From NCBI GenBank assembly GCA_963757255.1, contig CAVWQY010000004.1, forward strand, positions 172,897 through 236,896: a stretch of 64,000 nucleotides of DNA. The letters are read 5' to 3'. Below, one piece after another: positions 50,209 to 60,452 of this stretch. Position numbers and translations under genes: made by a program. Position 1 is the stretch's first letter; every line of letters begins with the position of its first letter. This stretch comes from an uncultured Thermoleophilia bacterium (GTDB lineage Bacteria > Actinomycetota > Thermoleophilia > Gaiellales > Gaiellaceae). Below the pieces are notes generated by a model, which worked only from the letters and a program-made list of their open reading frames with translations, was not told the origin of the DNA and made no database searches.

Positions 50209-52612
50209 CGAGCTCACGGCGGTAGCGCTCGAGCTTGTCGCGCTCGGCGGTAACCACCTCTGCAGGCGCGTTCTGGACGAACCGCTCGTTCGCGAGCGCA
50301 CGCTCGGCGCGCGCGATCTCCCCACGCAGCCGCTCTCGCTCGGCCGCCGCGTCGCCGTTGTCGCGCTGAGGCGCGCGGTCGGGCCTCACGACCGCGTCGA
50401 AGATGCGCTTCTCCTCACCGTCGAGCTGCGGCACGACGCCGGAGCGGCGGAACACCTGCGCGTACTCCTGCACGCGCTCGAGCGCCGACGCCTCCTGCGT
50501 GTCGCCGGCCTCGGGCCACGGCGCGACGATCAGGCGTGACGCCCGGTCGGGGAGGTGCGACCAGATCTCCTCCGTCACGTGCGGCATCACCGGGTGGAGC
50601 AGTTTCAGCAGCCGCTCGAGCGCGGCGGTCGCCGTGGTGCGTGCGTCGGCGTCGCCGTCGTAGAGCCGGCCCTTTACGGCCTCGAGATACCAGTCGCAGA
50701 AGTCGTCGAACGTCAGGTGGTACAGCTCGTCGGTCAGGTGCGCGAAGTCGAACTCGCCGATCAGCTGCTCCGCCGCGAGCTGGGCCTGCGAGAGCCGCGC
50801 GAGGATCCAGCGTTCCTCGAGTGACGACGGCTGCTCGCCGGGCCCCGCACCCTCGCAGGCAGCGATGATCAACCGGGCCGCGTTCCAGAGCTTGTTCGCG
50901 AGCTTGCGGCCCTCCTCGAGCGCCGAATCCGAGAAGCGCACGTCCTGCGTGAGCGAGTTCTTCATCAGCCCGTACCGCGTCGCATCGGTCCCGTGCTGGT
51001 TGATCAGCTCCAGCGGGTCGATGCCCGTCTTCAGCGACTTCGACATGCGCCGCCCGTCCCGCGCGAGCACCGTCGTGTGGATGACCACGTCCGTGAACGG
51101 AATGTCGCCCATCAGCTCGAGCCCGGAGAAGAGCATCCGGTTCTCCCAGAGGCGGATGATCTCGCGGGCCGTCGTCTGCAGGTTCCCGGGATAGAAGTAC
51201 GCGAGATCCGGTGTCTCGTCGGGCCAGCCGAGCGTCGCGAAGGGCCACAGCGCCGACGAGAACCATGTGTCGAGGACGTCGGTCTCTCGCGTCAACTCGG
51301 TCGAGCCGCACTCGGCGCACGCCGACGGCTCGCTCTCCTCCACGGTCAGATGCCCGTCCGGGCAATACCAGACCGGGATCTGGTGGCCCCACCAGATCTG
51401 TCGCGAGATGTTCCAGTCGGGAGCGTTCTCGAGCGAGTCGATCGCGAATCGATGCTGGCTCTCGGGGTGGAACACGACCCGCCGCTCGCGCAACGCCTGC
51501 AGCGCCGGCTGCTTGATCTCGTCCATCGCGCACCACCACTGCAGTGAGATCCGCGGCTCGATGCGCGTCTTGCACCGCTCGCACACGGCGACGCTGTGCC
51601 GGTAGTGCTCGCGCTTCTCGAGCTGGCCGCGTTCCTTCACCCAGGCGATGATCCGGTCCTCCGCCTCCTTCTGGGTCAGCCCTTCCAGGCCCTCCGCGGT
51701 GACGAGCCCGTCGGGCCCGATGCAGCTCGGCTCGGGGAGGCCGTGGTCGCGGCCGATCGCGAAGTCCTTCGGATCGTGGGCCGGGGTGATCTTCAGCGCG
51801 CCCGTGCCGAACTCGCGCTCGACGCGCTCGTCTGCGATGACGGGGACGCGCCGCTCGACCCACGGCACGATCACCTCGCGCCCGACCAGGTGCTTGTAGC
51901 GCTCGTCGTCGGGGTGAACTGCGACTGCGACGTCGGCGGGGATCGTCGCCGGACGGACGGTGGCGATCGCGATGTAGCCGTCGCCGTCCGCGAGTGGGTA
52001 GCGGATCGTCGAGAGCGTGTCGTCGACGTCCTGATGCTCCACCTCGAGATCCGAGAGCGCGGTCTCGTGGTAGGGGCACCAGTTGATGATGCGGTTCGCC
52101 CGGTAGATCCAGCCGCGGCGGTAGAGATGCACGAAGAAGCGCATCACTGCGCGGATGTAGCCCTCGTCCATCGTGAACCGCGTGCGGCGGTAGTCGAGCG
52201 AGGCTCCCATCCGGCGGAACTGGAACAGGATCTTGCCGCCGTACTCGTGCAGCCACTCCCACACCCGCTCCTCGAACGCCTCGCGGCCGAGCTCCTGGCG
52301 CGACGTCCCTTCGGCGAGGAGCACGTTCTCGACGACGTTCTGCGTCGAGATCCCGGCGTGGTCGTAGCCGGGCTGGAACAGCACGTTGAAGCCCTGCATC
52401 CGCTTCATGCGGATCACGGTGTCGCCGATCGCGAGCTGAAGCGCATGGCCCGTGTGCAGCTCACCGGTCACGTTCGGCGGCGGATGCGCGTCGACATACG
52501 GGGTGCGCGACGGGTCGGGATCGGCGTTGTAGAGGCCCTCGGCCTCCCACGTCTCCTGCCAGCGCTCCTCGACGCCGTGCGGGTCGTACCGCGGCTGCAG
52601 TTCGGTGCTCAT
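50189..52612 (-). CDS. valS: valine--tRNA ligase
   Basis: PPPNVTGELHTGHAL (HIGH) and RMSKSLKTG (KMSKS). C-terminal coiled coil. 807 aa, intact. Confidence 0.96.
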   Translation of the reverse strand: MSTELQPRYDPHGVEERWQETWEAEGLYNADPDPSRTPYVDAHPPPNVTGELHTGHALQLAIGDTVIRMKRMQGFNVLFQPGYDHAGISTQNVVENVLLAEGTSRQELGREAFEERVWEWLHEYGGKILFQFRRMGASLDYRRTRFTMDEGYIRAVMRFFVHLYRRGWIYRANRIINWCPYHETALSDLEVEHQDVDDTLSTIRYPLADGDGYIAIATVRPATIPADVAVAVHPDDERYKHLVGREVIVPWVERRVPVIADERVEREFGTGALKITPAHDPKDFAIGRDHGLPEPSCIGPDGLVTAEGLEGLTQKEAEDRIIAWVKERGQLEKREHYRHSVAVCERCKTRIEPRISLQWWCAMDEIKQPALQALRERRVVFHPESQHRFAIDSLENAPDWNISRQIWWGHQIPVWYCPDGHLTVEESEPSACAECGSTELTRETDVLDTWFSSALWPFATLGWPDETPDLAYFYPGNLQTTAREIIRLWENRMLFSGLELMGDIPFTDVVIHTTVLARDGRRMSKSLKTGIDPLELINQHGTDATRYGLMKNSLTQDVRFSDSALEEGRKLANKLWNAARLIIAACEGAGPGEQPSSLEERWILARLSQAQLAAEQLIGEFDFAHLTDELYHLTFDDFCDWYLEAVKGRLYDGDADARTTATAALERLLKLLHPVMPHVTEEIWSHLPDRASRLIVAPWPEAGDTQEASALERVQEYAQVFRRSGVVPQLDGEEKRIFDAVVRPDRAPQRDNGDAAAERERLRGEIARAERALANERFVQNAPAEVVTAERDKLERYRRELDAIGDA

Positions 52613-52753
52613 CGGAGCGCCATCCTATGCAGGGGAATGCGCACGGCCTGTGGGTCGAGTCCGAACCGAGGGATCAGGTCACGCAGCGACTATGCCGCTG
52701 AGTATGCCGAAGATGCCTCGCCCGCGCCACGAATTCCCGCGCCCGCTCGTCGT

Positions 52754-54435
52754 CTACCTCGCGACGGCGTAGCCCTGCATGGCGCGCGGGTTCGCCGCCG
52801 CAAGCAGCTGGTCGCCCTCGCGTTCGACCGCGCTCACGCGCCCGAGCGACCAGGCGGGCTGCACTGTCCACCTCGTGCCCACGGCGCCGCAGGTCGGCGA
52901 CCACGTCGTCGCCGAACCGCGACTCGATCGCGAGCGATCGCGGGGCGAAGTCGCGCGGGTAGAACGACGAGATCAGGTGGTCGGTGTGCCAATCGGGCGC
53001 GTCGATCGCCTCCTGCAGGTTCAGCCCCGGTCGACGTGCCGCACGAGGACGTGCAGCGCCCACTGCTCCTGCTGGTCGCCGCCCGGCGTGCCGTAGGCGA
53101 GCCACGGCTCGCCGTCGCGGAGCACGAGGCCGGGCGAAAGCGTCGTCCGCGGCCGCTTCCGCGGCGCCAGCGACGACGGGAGCCCTTCCTCGAGCCAGAA
53201 CATCTGCGCGCGCGTGCCGAGCGGCCAGCCGAGCGCCGGGATCGTCGGCGAGCTATGCAGCCAGCCGCCGCTCGGCGTCGCCGAGATCAGGTTGCCGAAC
53301 CGGTCGGCGACGTCGAGGTGCACCGTGTCTCCGCGCGTCGGCTCGCCGGCGCCGACCGACTGCGGGTCGGCGGCGGTGACGAGCGCCGGCAGCCGCCCGA
53401 TGCCCGGCCGGAGCTCTCCGTCGCGTCGTCACCGACGAGCAGGCGGCGTTCGTCCGCGTACTCGCGCGAGAGCAGCAGGTCGAGCGGGACGTCGCGCGTC
53501 GCCGTAGTTCGCGTCGCGGTCGGCGAACGCGAGCTTGGCGCACTCCGTCGTCGAGGTGGACGAGCTCGGCGTCGCCGAGCCCCGCCGACGTCGAATCCCT
53601 CGAGCAGCCGCAGCTGCTGCAGGCCGGCCGGCCCCTGCCCCCACGCGGCCGTCTTGCAGACGGTGAGCCCGCGATAGTCGACCGTCGCCGGCGGCTCCAG
53701 GGTCGCCCGCCACTCGCGCGAGGTCGTCGCCCGTGAGCAGGCCGCCGTTGCTCGCGCGAGAAGCGGTCGATCTCCTCCGCGACGAAGCCCTCGTAGTAGA
53801 CGCGCCGCGCGCGCTCGATCTCTGCCTCCCGCGATCCTCCGCGCGACTCGGCGAGGAGCCGCCGCCACGTCGCGGCGAGCTGCGGGTTGCGGAACGTCGA
53901 TCCCGGCCGCGGCGCGGGGAGATAGAGCTCCGCCGAGCCCGGCCACTCGCGGAGCAGAGGCTCCGATCGCTCGATCGTCAGCGTGATCCCCGGCACGACG
54001 GGGTAGCCGTGCTCGGCGTAGCCGATCGCGAACTCGAGCACGTCGACGAGCCGCCACGTCCCGAACTGCTCGAGCAGCAGCAGCCAGCCGCCGAACGAGC
54101 CGGGGACGCAGGCTGCGAGCAGGCCCGTGCCCGGCACGAGCGCGTGCCCGAGCGACGCGGTAGCGCTCGATCGTCGCCGCGGCGGGCGCGACGCCCTGGG
54201 CGCAGAGGACGAGCGGCTCGCCACGGTCGGCCGACCAGAAGACCGCGGGCAGGTCGCCGCCCGGCCCGTTCAGGTGCGGCTCGACGACCTGCAGGACGAA
54301 CCCCGCCGCGCAGGCGGCGTCGAAGGCGTTGCCGCCGCGCTCGAGCACCGCCATCCCGCCGGCGGACGCCAGCCAGTGGGTCGACGCGACGGCGCCGAAG
54401 GTGCCGCGCAGCTCCGGGCGGGTCGTGAAGCTCAT
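52754..54435 (-). pseudogene. ggt: gamma-glutamyltransferase, about nine frame disruptions as sequenced
   Basis: Segments in all three frames join into one stop-free protein of about 555 aa: [59 protein letters not shown]. Frame breaks near 54156, 53750, 53716, 53580, 53552, 53494, 53414-15, 53028-29 and 52865. Confidence 0.85.
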
Positions 54436-55475
54436 GCGGTCAACTCTGCCGCATCGATCGGGCTCGGCGCAGCCGCGCCGCGCTGCACGAGGTGGCAGGC
54501 GACTGAAGTGCCCGCCGCCGACGTCGATCGAGCGGAGGATCCACCTCGGTGCGAAGCGGGCGCCGACTCGTGCTCGAGCGGGCAGCGGGTGCGGAACCGG
54601 CAGCCTGACGGGGGAGCGAGCGGACTGGGAATGTCTCCCTCGAGCACGACGCGCCGTCGCTTCCGCTGCGCCTCGGGATCCGGCACGACGCGCTGCCGAG
54701 AGCAATGCCTGCGTGTACGGGATGCTTCGGGTCGCTGAAGAGCTCGCGCGTCGAGCGCCAGCTCGACGATCTTGCCGAGATACATCACCGCGACCCGGCC
54801 GCAGAGGTACTCGACCGTCGCGAGGTCGTGGGTGATGAAGAGGCACGAGAAGCCCATGTCGTGCTGGAGGTCGCGGAGGAGGTTGAGGATCGCCGCCTGC
54901 ACCGAGACGTCGAGCGCCGACACGGGCTCGTCCGCGACGAGCAGCGTCGGCGAGACCGAGAGCGCGCGAGCGAGGCCGACGCGCTGCCGCTGCCCACCGG
55001 AGAGCTCGTGCGGATAGCGGAACCGCAGCTCGGCGCGCAGGCCGACGCGGTCGAAGAGGTCGACGACCTTCTGGTCGAGGTGCTTGCCGCGCGCGAGCTT
55101 CTGCACGCGCAACGGCTCGCCGACGATCTGGCCGCAGGTCATGCGCGGGTTGAGCGACGAGTACGGATCCTGGAACACCATGTGCATGTCGCTGCGCAGC
55201 GGGCGGAGCTCCCGACGCGAGAGATGCGTGATGTCGTTGCCTTCGAGCCGGATCGCCCCGTCCGTCGGCTCGAGCAGGCGCATGACGCAGTTCGCGACCG
55301 TGCTCTTGCCGCTGCCGGATTCGCCGACGAGTCCGAGCAGCTCGCCCGGCGCGATCGAGAAGCGAGACACCGTCGACAGCGTGCACGACCCCGCCTCCGC
55401 CGCGGAACTGCCCGCCGGCGTGGAAGTGCTTGACGAGGTCCACGACCTCGAGCGTCGGTGTCTCGGGGGGCTCAT
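54432..55475 (-). pseudogene. Dpp/Opp-type ABC ATPase (DppF/OppF-like), about eight frame disruptions
   Basis: The ATG overlaps the upstream TGA. Walker [10 protein letters not shown], signature LSGGQRQRV, Walker B LLVADEP, then [10 protein letters not shown] and GGGHFVACHL in shifted frames. Breaks near 55465-70 (C-run), 55362, 54755, 54718, 54690, 54554, 54529 and 54504. Confidence 0.8.
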
Positions 55476-56461
55476 CGGCCGTCCACGCGCCACCGGGGTG
55501 GAAGCAGGCGACGAGGTGGTCGCGGCACGCACCTCGCGCAGCTCGGCGGACCTCGCGTGCGGCTGAGCTCGTCGGCGCTTGGGCAGCGCGGCGCGAAGGC
55601 GCAGGCGGTCGGCAGCTCGGCGAGCGACGGCACGCGGCCGGGGATCTCCTGCAACCGTCCCTGCGAGTCGGCGCCTCCGGGCCGCGGGACCGCGCCGAGC
55701 AGACCGATCGTGTACGGATGCTGCGGCGCGGCGAAGAGCTCGTGCACCGGCGCCTCCTCCGACCTTGCGGCCGGCGTACATCACGAGCACGTCGGTCGGC
55801 GATGTCGGCGACCACGCCGAGGTTGTGCGTGATCAGGACGATCGCGGTGCCGAGCCGCTCGCGAATGTCGCGCAGCAGGTCGAGGATCCCGGCCTGGATC
55901 GTCACGTCGAGCGCAGTCGTCGGCTCGTCGGCGATCAGGATCTTCGGATCGCACGCCAGGGCCATCGCGATCATCACGCGCTGGCGCATCCCGCCCGAGA
56001 GCTGGTGCGGGTACTCGTCGACCCGGCGCTCGGGCGCGGGGATGCGCACGAGGTCGAGCAGCTCGATCGTGCGTCGCCGAGCGTCCGCCCGCCCGAGGCC
56101 GAGATGCCGCTCGAGCACCTCGCCGATCTGGTTGCCGACGCGGAACGCCGGGTTCAGCGAGGTCATCGGCTCCTGGAAGACGAACGCGATCTCGCGGCCG
56201 CGGATCGCGCCGCACTGCCGCGAGCGAAGCGGTGAGCAGATCGACGCCGTCGAACTCGGCGCTGCCGGTCACATTCGCGGTCGAAGGAAGCAGGCGGAGA
56301 AGCGACATGACAGCTGACGCTCTTCCCACAGCCGGACTCGCCGACGACGCCGAGCACCTCGGCGCTCGTCGAGCGTGAACGAGAGGTTGTCGACCGCATG
56401 AACGTGACCGTCGTCGGTGTCGAAGCGCACCGACAGCTCGTCGAACGTCGAGGAGGCTCAT
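55472..56461 (-). pseudogene. Dpp/Opp-type ABC ATPase (DppD/OppD-like), at least seven frame disruptions
   Basis: [86 protein letters not shown] and DHLVACFHP are spread over three frames. Breaks near 56443, 56361, 56312, 56203, 55791 and 55760, with one or more between 55480 and 55570. Confidence 0.8.
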
Positions 56462-57345
56462 ACGCGTCGTCCGCGGGTCGAGGACGTCGCGCAAGCCCGT
56501 CGCCGAGCAGGTTGAACGACAGCGAGCAGAGGAAGATCGCGACCCCGGGATACAGCGCCAGCCGCGGCGCCTGTGAGAGATACGACTGAGCATCGGCGAG
56601 CATCACGCCCCACGAGGGCGTCGGCGGCTGGACGCCGAGTCCGAGGAACGAGAGCACGGCCTCGCCGATGATCGCTGCCGGGATCGTCACCGTCGCCTGC
56701 ACGATCAGCGTCGAGAGTCATGTTCGGAAGGATGTGACGGCTGATGATCGCTACGTCGCTCGCGCCGTTGGCGATCGCCGCGCGGACGTAGTCCTCCTCG
56801 CGCAGCGCGAAGGTCTCACCCCGCGCGACCCTGATCAGGCCGGGGGCTGCGCCGATGCCGAGCGCGATGGTGGCGTTCTTGAGCGACGGGCCGAGGATCG
56901 CCGCGAGCCCCACCGCGATGATCAGGAACGGAAACGCGAGCAAGACGTCTGTCAGCCGCGCGACCACGGTGTCGACCCAGCCGCGGTAGTACCCCGCGAC
57001 GAGGCCGATCGGCACCGCGATCACCATCGCGAGCATCGTCGCGAGGACACCCGCCATGATCGACGCGCGCGATCCCCAGATGATGCGCGAGAACACGTCG
57101 CGGCCGAGCTCGTCCGTCCCGAGGAGGTGACCATTCGTGAACGGAGGTGCAAGCGTGGCGTTGAAATCCGTCGCGGACGCCGAATACGGAGCGACCCACG
57201 GCGCGAAGATCGCAGCCCCGACGAACAGCAGCGCGACGACGAGCCCGGCGACTGCGAGCGGCCGCCGCAGGAAGCGCTTCCGCAGAAGCCGCCGTCGTCG
57301 TGCGCGGGGATTGATCGGAACGGTGGCGACGTCGACCGCGCTCAT
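56458..57345 (-). pseudogene. Dpp/Opp-type ABC permease (DppC-like), three frame disruptions in the last 260 nt
   Basis: Intact from ATG 57345 as far as ..ISRHILPNM. Then LSTLIVQATVTIPAAIIGEAVLSFLGLG..LLGDGL, RDVLD and RGRRV-stop are each in the next frame. Breaks near 56718, 56492 and 56476. Confidence 0.8.
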
Positions 57346-58292
57346 GCCGACCCCGAGACGCGGATGCGGGGATTGAGCAGCGAGTACGCAACGTCGACGA
57401 GCAGGTTGACGACGACGTAGCCGGCCGCGACCACGAGCACCACGCCTTGCAGCAACGCGTAGTCGCGCTGGTTGACGGCGTCGATCGTCAGCCGTCCGAA
57501 TCCCGGGATGACGAAGATCTGCTCGGTGATCACCGCGCCGGAGATCAGCGCGCCGAGCTGCAGGCCGACGACCGTCGTGACCGTGATCAGGCTGTTCCGC
57601 ACGGCGTGCTTGCCGATGACGGACCGTTCCGGCAGTCCCTTCGCGCGGGCGGTGCGCACGTAGTCGGTGCCGAGCGACTCGAGCATCGACGAGCGCATCT
57701 GCCGCATCAGCACCGCCGAGAGCCCGGTACCGAGCACGATCGCCGGCATCAGCATGTGCTCGAGATTCTGGATCGGACTGTGCACGAACGGCACGTATCC
57801 ACCTGCGGGAAGCCAGTGCAGCGTGACGGCGAAGTAGATGATCATCACGATCCCGAGCCAGAAGTGCGGCACGGAAAGACCGACGAGCGCACCTGTGGTC
57901 GCCGCGTAGTCGGAAGCCTTGCCGTGGCGAACCGCAGCGAGGATGCCCGCGCCGACGCCGATCACCGTCCCGATCAGCACGGCGAGGAAGGCGAGCTCCA
58001 GCGTGATCGGGAGCCTCTGGGCGATCGTCCGGGCGACCGAGAGCTGACGCTGGTCGGTCCCGAGGTCGCCCCGCACGGCGAGGCTGACCCAGTGGACGTA
58101 CTGCACCGGCCAGGGCCGGTCGAGCATGTACTTGTGCCTGATCGCCGCGAGCACCGCCGGGTCGCGGTTCTCGGCTCCCAGCGCGATCGCCGGGTCGCCG
58201 GGGATCGCCCGGACGCCCGCGAACACGAGCATGCTGGACAGGAGGAGAACGATCAGGGCGGCCCCGACCTTGCGCAGGAGGAAGCCGCCCAT
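57342..58292 (-). CDS. Dpp/Opp-type ABC permease (DppB-like)
   Basis: 316 aa, intact. MGGFLLRKVGAALIVLLLS, YVRTARAKGLPERSVIGKHAVRNSL, NPRIR. Confidence 0.9.
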   Translation of the reverse strand: MGGFLLRKVGAALIVLLLSSMLVFAGVRAIPGDPAIALGAENRDPAVLAAIRHKYMLDRPWPVQYVHWVSLAVRGDLGTDQRQLSVARTIAQRLPITLELAFLAVLIGTVIGVGAGILAAVRHGKASDYAATTGALVGLSVPHFWLGIVMIIYFAVTLHWLPAGGYVPFVHSPIQNLEHMLMPAIVLGTGLSAVLMRQMRSSMLESLGTDYVRTARAKGLPERSVIGKHAVRNSLITVTTVVGLQLGALISGAVITEQIFVIPGFGRLTIDAVNQRDYALLQGVVLVVAAGYVVVNLLVDVAYSLLNPRIRVSGSA

Positions 58293-58313
58293 GATCGATT
58301 CGACTCGCTGTCG

Positions 58314-59910
58314 CTACTTCGTGAAGCCGGCGAACGCCACGCGGGGGAGGCCGTCGCCGAACAACTGGACGCCGGACACGTTCGTCGCCTCGCCGTCGTA
58401 GTTGACCGGGTGGTAGAGGTAGATGACTGGACGGTCCTTGGCGGCCTGCGCGAGCGCGGCGTGGAAGTCCACGAGACGCGCGACCGTCGAGGCGGCCTTG
58501 CGCTCGTTGCCGAGCGCCCGGTCCAGCGACGGGGTTGCTGTAGCCGCTGTCGTTCTGCGAGCCGGACGTGGCCAGGAAGTTGAAGGTGTTCCCGTCGGGG
58601 TCGACACGGCCCGACCATCCGATCGCGAACGTCTCGAACTGGCCTGCGTCCTCATGGTTCAGGGACGTTACGAACTCCGTCGGGTCGAGGACGACGTTGA
58701 ACCCGATCGGCTTCTCCATCGACTGGATCACCTGGCCGAGCCGCGCGGCGACCGGATCGGTCCCGAGCATCAGGTGGACGGTCACACCCGGGGACGCCCC
58801 GGACCGCTTGAACGCCGCGGTGGCACCGGCGACGTCGGCCGTCAGCTTGCACGGGATTCCCTTGGTCGCGGGGTACCACGGCGTCCCCGGCGCGATCGGG
58901 AAGCAGTCCGGGTTGACCGTGCCCCCGAAGACGACGGTGTCGATCACCTTGCGATCGAGGGCGAGCTCGAACGCCTCGCGCAGGTCGGCGGACTTCGAGA
59001 TCGGCGTCCCGGTGCTGGTGTACGGCAGCTTCCCAAGGCCCCTCGAGTTGCCGATGTTGACCGTGATGCCCTGGTAGCCGATCGACGTCGCATGGAAGAG
59101 GCGCAGCGACTTGTCGGCGGCGATCGACTTGAGATCCGTGGAGGCCAGGCCCTCGGCCACGTTGACGTCGTGCGCGCGGAGGTTCGCTGCACGCGCAGAC
59201 GGATCGGTGATCACCTTCCAGACGATCGAGGCCAGGTGGACCTTTGCCTTGTCGTAGTAGTACGGCGACTTCACGAGTGTGATGTGGTCGCCCGCCGACC
59301 GGTCCTTGAACATGAACGGGCCGACGCACACGGGATTCGTCGCGAACTTGTCACCGAGTGCGTTCAGCGCCTTCGGCGACATGATCATCCCGGAACGGTC
59401 GGCCAGCTGGGCCGTGATCGGCGAGTAGCGGGCGTTGAGATGCAGGATCACCGTCGAACTGCCCTGCGTGTCGATCGACGTGACCGGTGAGAGCTCGCTC
59501 GCCCGCGCCGATCCCGGGAGCGTCTGGTCGCGAACGAGCGACTGCTTCACGGCAGCCGCGTTCAACGGCGTCCCGTCGTTGAACTTGAGGCCCGTGCGAA
59601 TCTTGATCGTGACCGTCTTCTTGTCGGCGGAGAACGTCGGAAGCGACGCCGCCAGTTGCGGCACGATCTCGAGCTTGCTGTTCAGGTCGTAGAGCTTCTC
59701 GCACATGTCGGCGAAGACCATCCGGCCGACGAACGAGCGGGCAAGTGTCGGGTCGAGCGCGTCCGGATCTGACTCGAGCGCGATCGTGAGGGTGCCCCCG
59801 TTCTTCAACGCGGGAGGCGCTGCCGAACGGGCCGAAGCCGTGAGCGCGGCGAGCGCGACGGCACCCAGGATCGTCAGCGTGATCGCAACGCGGGCGTGTG
59901 CTGTGCTCAT
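58314..59910 (-). pseudogene. family-5 ABC substrate-binding protein (DppA/GsiB-like), one frame disruption near 58530
   Basis: Signal peptide, then 460 codons in one frame as far as ..SGYSNP. The last 71 codons (SLDRALGNERKAAS..VAFAGFTK) are in the next frame. Junction aac ccc [g] tcg ctg. Confidence 0.85.
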
Positions 59911-59987
59911 GTCGTTCCCCCTGGTCGGTGGCTGCACGACTTTGTACGCGGAAACTCGTATTCGCGGATCTTGGCGAGGAGGCTACG

Positions 59988-60018
59988 TTGGATCCAAGTT
60001 GCTGTCAACTGGATCCAA
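59988..60018. promoter_or_regulatory. candidate operator: TTGGATCCAA - GTTGctgtCAAC - TGGATCCAA
   Basis: Perfect 10-bp palindrome at 59988-97. Near-copy at 60010-18, 22 bp centre to centre. A GTTG/CAAC dyad lies between them. Located in the divergent dpp / tauE-gntR intergenic region. Confidence 0.45.
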
Positions 60019-60041
60019 AACGCTGCTAGGCTCCCGGCTGT

Positions 60042-60452
60042 ATGAGCGAGCACGCGTCCGCGGCAAGCGGCCCGGCCGCGGGAGAACGCCGCGCCGGCCT
60101 CGACGCGCGGTTGCTCGCGATCGGCGTGCTGGGCGGCGTCCTCTCCGGCCTCCTCGGGGTCGGCGGCGGGGTCGTGATGGTGCCGCTGCTCGTGCTCTGG
60201 GCCGGGTACCAGCAGCGAGACGCGCACGCGCTCTCGCTCGGCGCGATCATCCCGATCAGCCTCGCCAGTGTCCTGATCTTCGGAGCCGCGGGGAAGGTGC
60301 GCCTTGCCGACGCGGCGGCGCTCGCAGCCGGCGCGATCGTCGGGGCGCAGATCGGGGCCTCCGCGCTCGCGCGCATCCGGGAACGGCCGTTGAAGCTCAT
60401 CTTCGGCCTCTTTCTCGGCGCAGTCTCGATCCTCTTGCTGGTGCGCCAGTGA
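60042..60452 (+). CDS. TauE/SafE-family anion exporter, half-size (N-terminal-type half)
   Basis: 136 aa. LSGLLGVGGGVVMVPLLVL. Its stop overlaps the next GTG (GTGA). Confidence 0.75.
   Translation: MSEHASAASGPAAGERRAGLDARLLAIGVLGGVLSGLLGVGGGVVMVPLLVLWAGYQQRDAHALSLGAIIPISLASVLIFGAAGKVRLADAAALAAGAIVGAQIGASALARIRERPLKLIFGLFLGAVSILLLVRQ

Noticed and set aside
52613-52753. T-box or other leader upstream of valS
   Set aside because: I could not find a specifier loop or T-box sequence, or a convincing terminator/antiterminator pair, by eye.
53287-56166. 959-aa ORF that could be read as a giant ABC-ATPase/GGT fusion protein
   Set aside because: Only patches of it are homologous to real proteins. 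The stretches between are Arg-rich nonsense. It is one frame of the multiply frameshifted dppD-dppF-ggt region, not a fusion.
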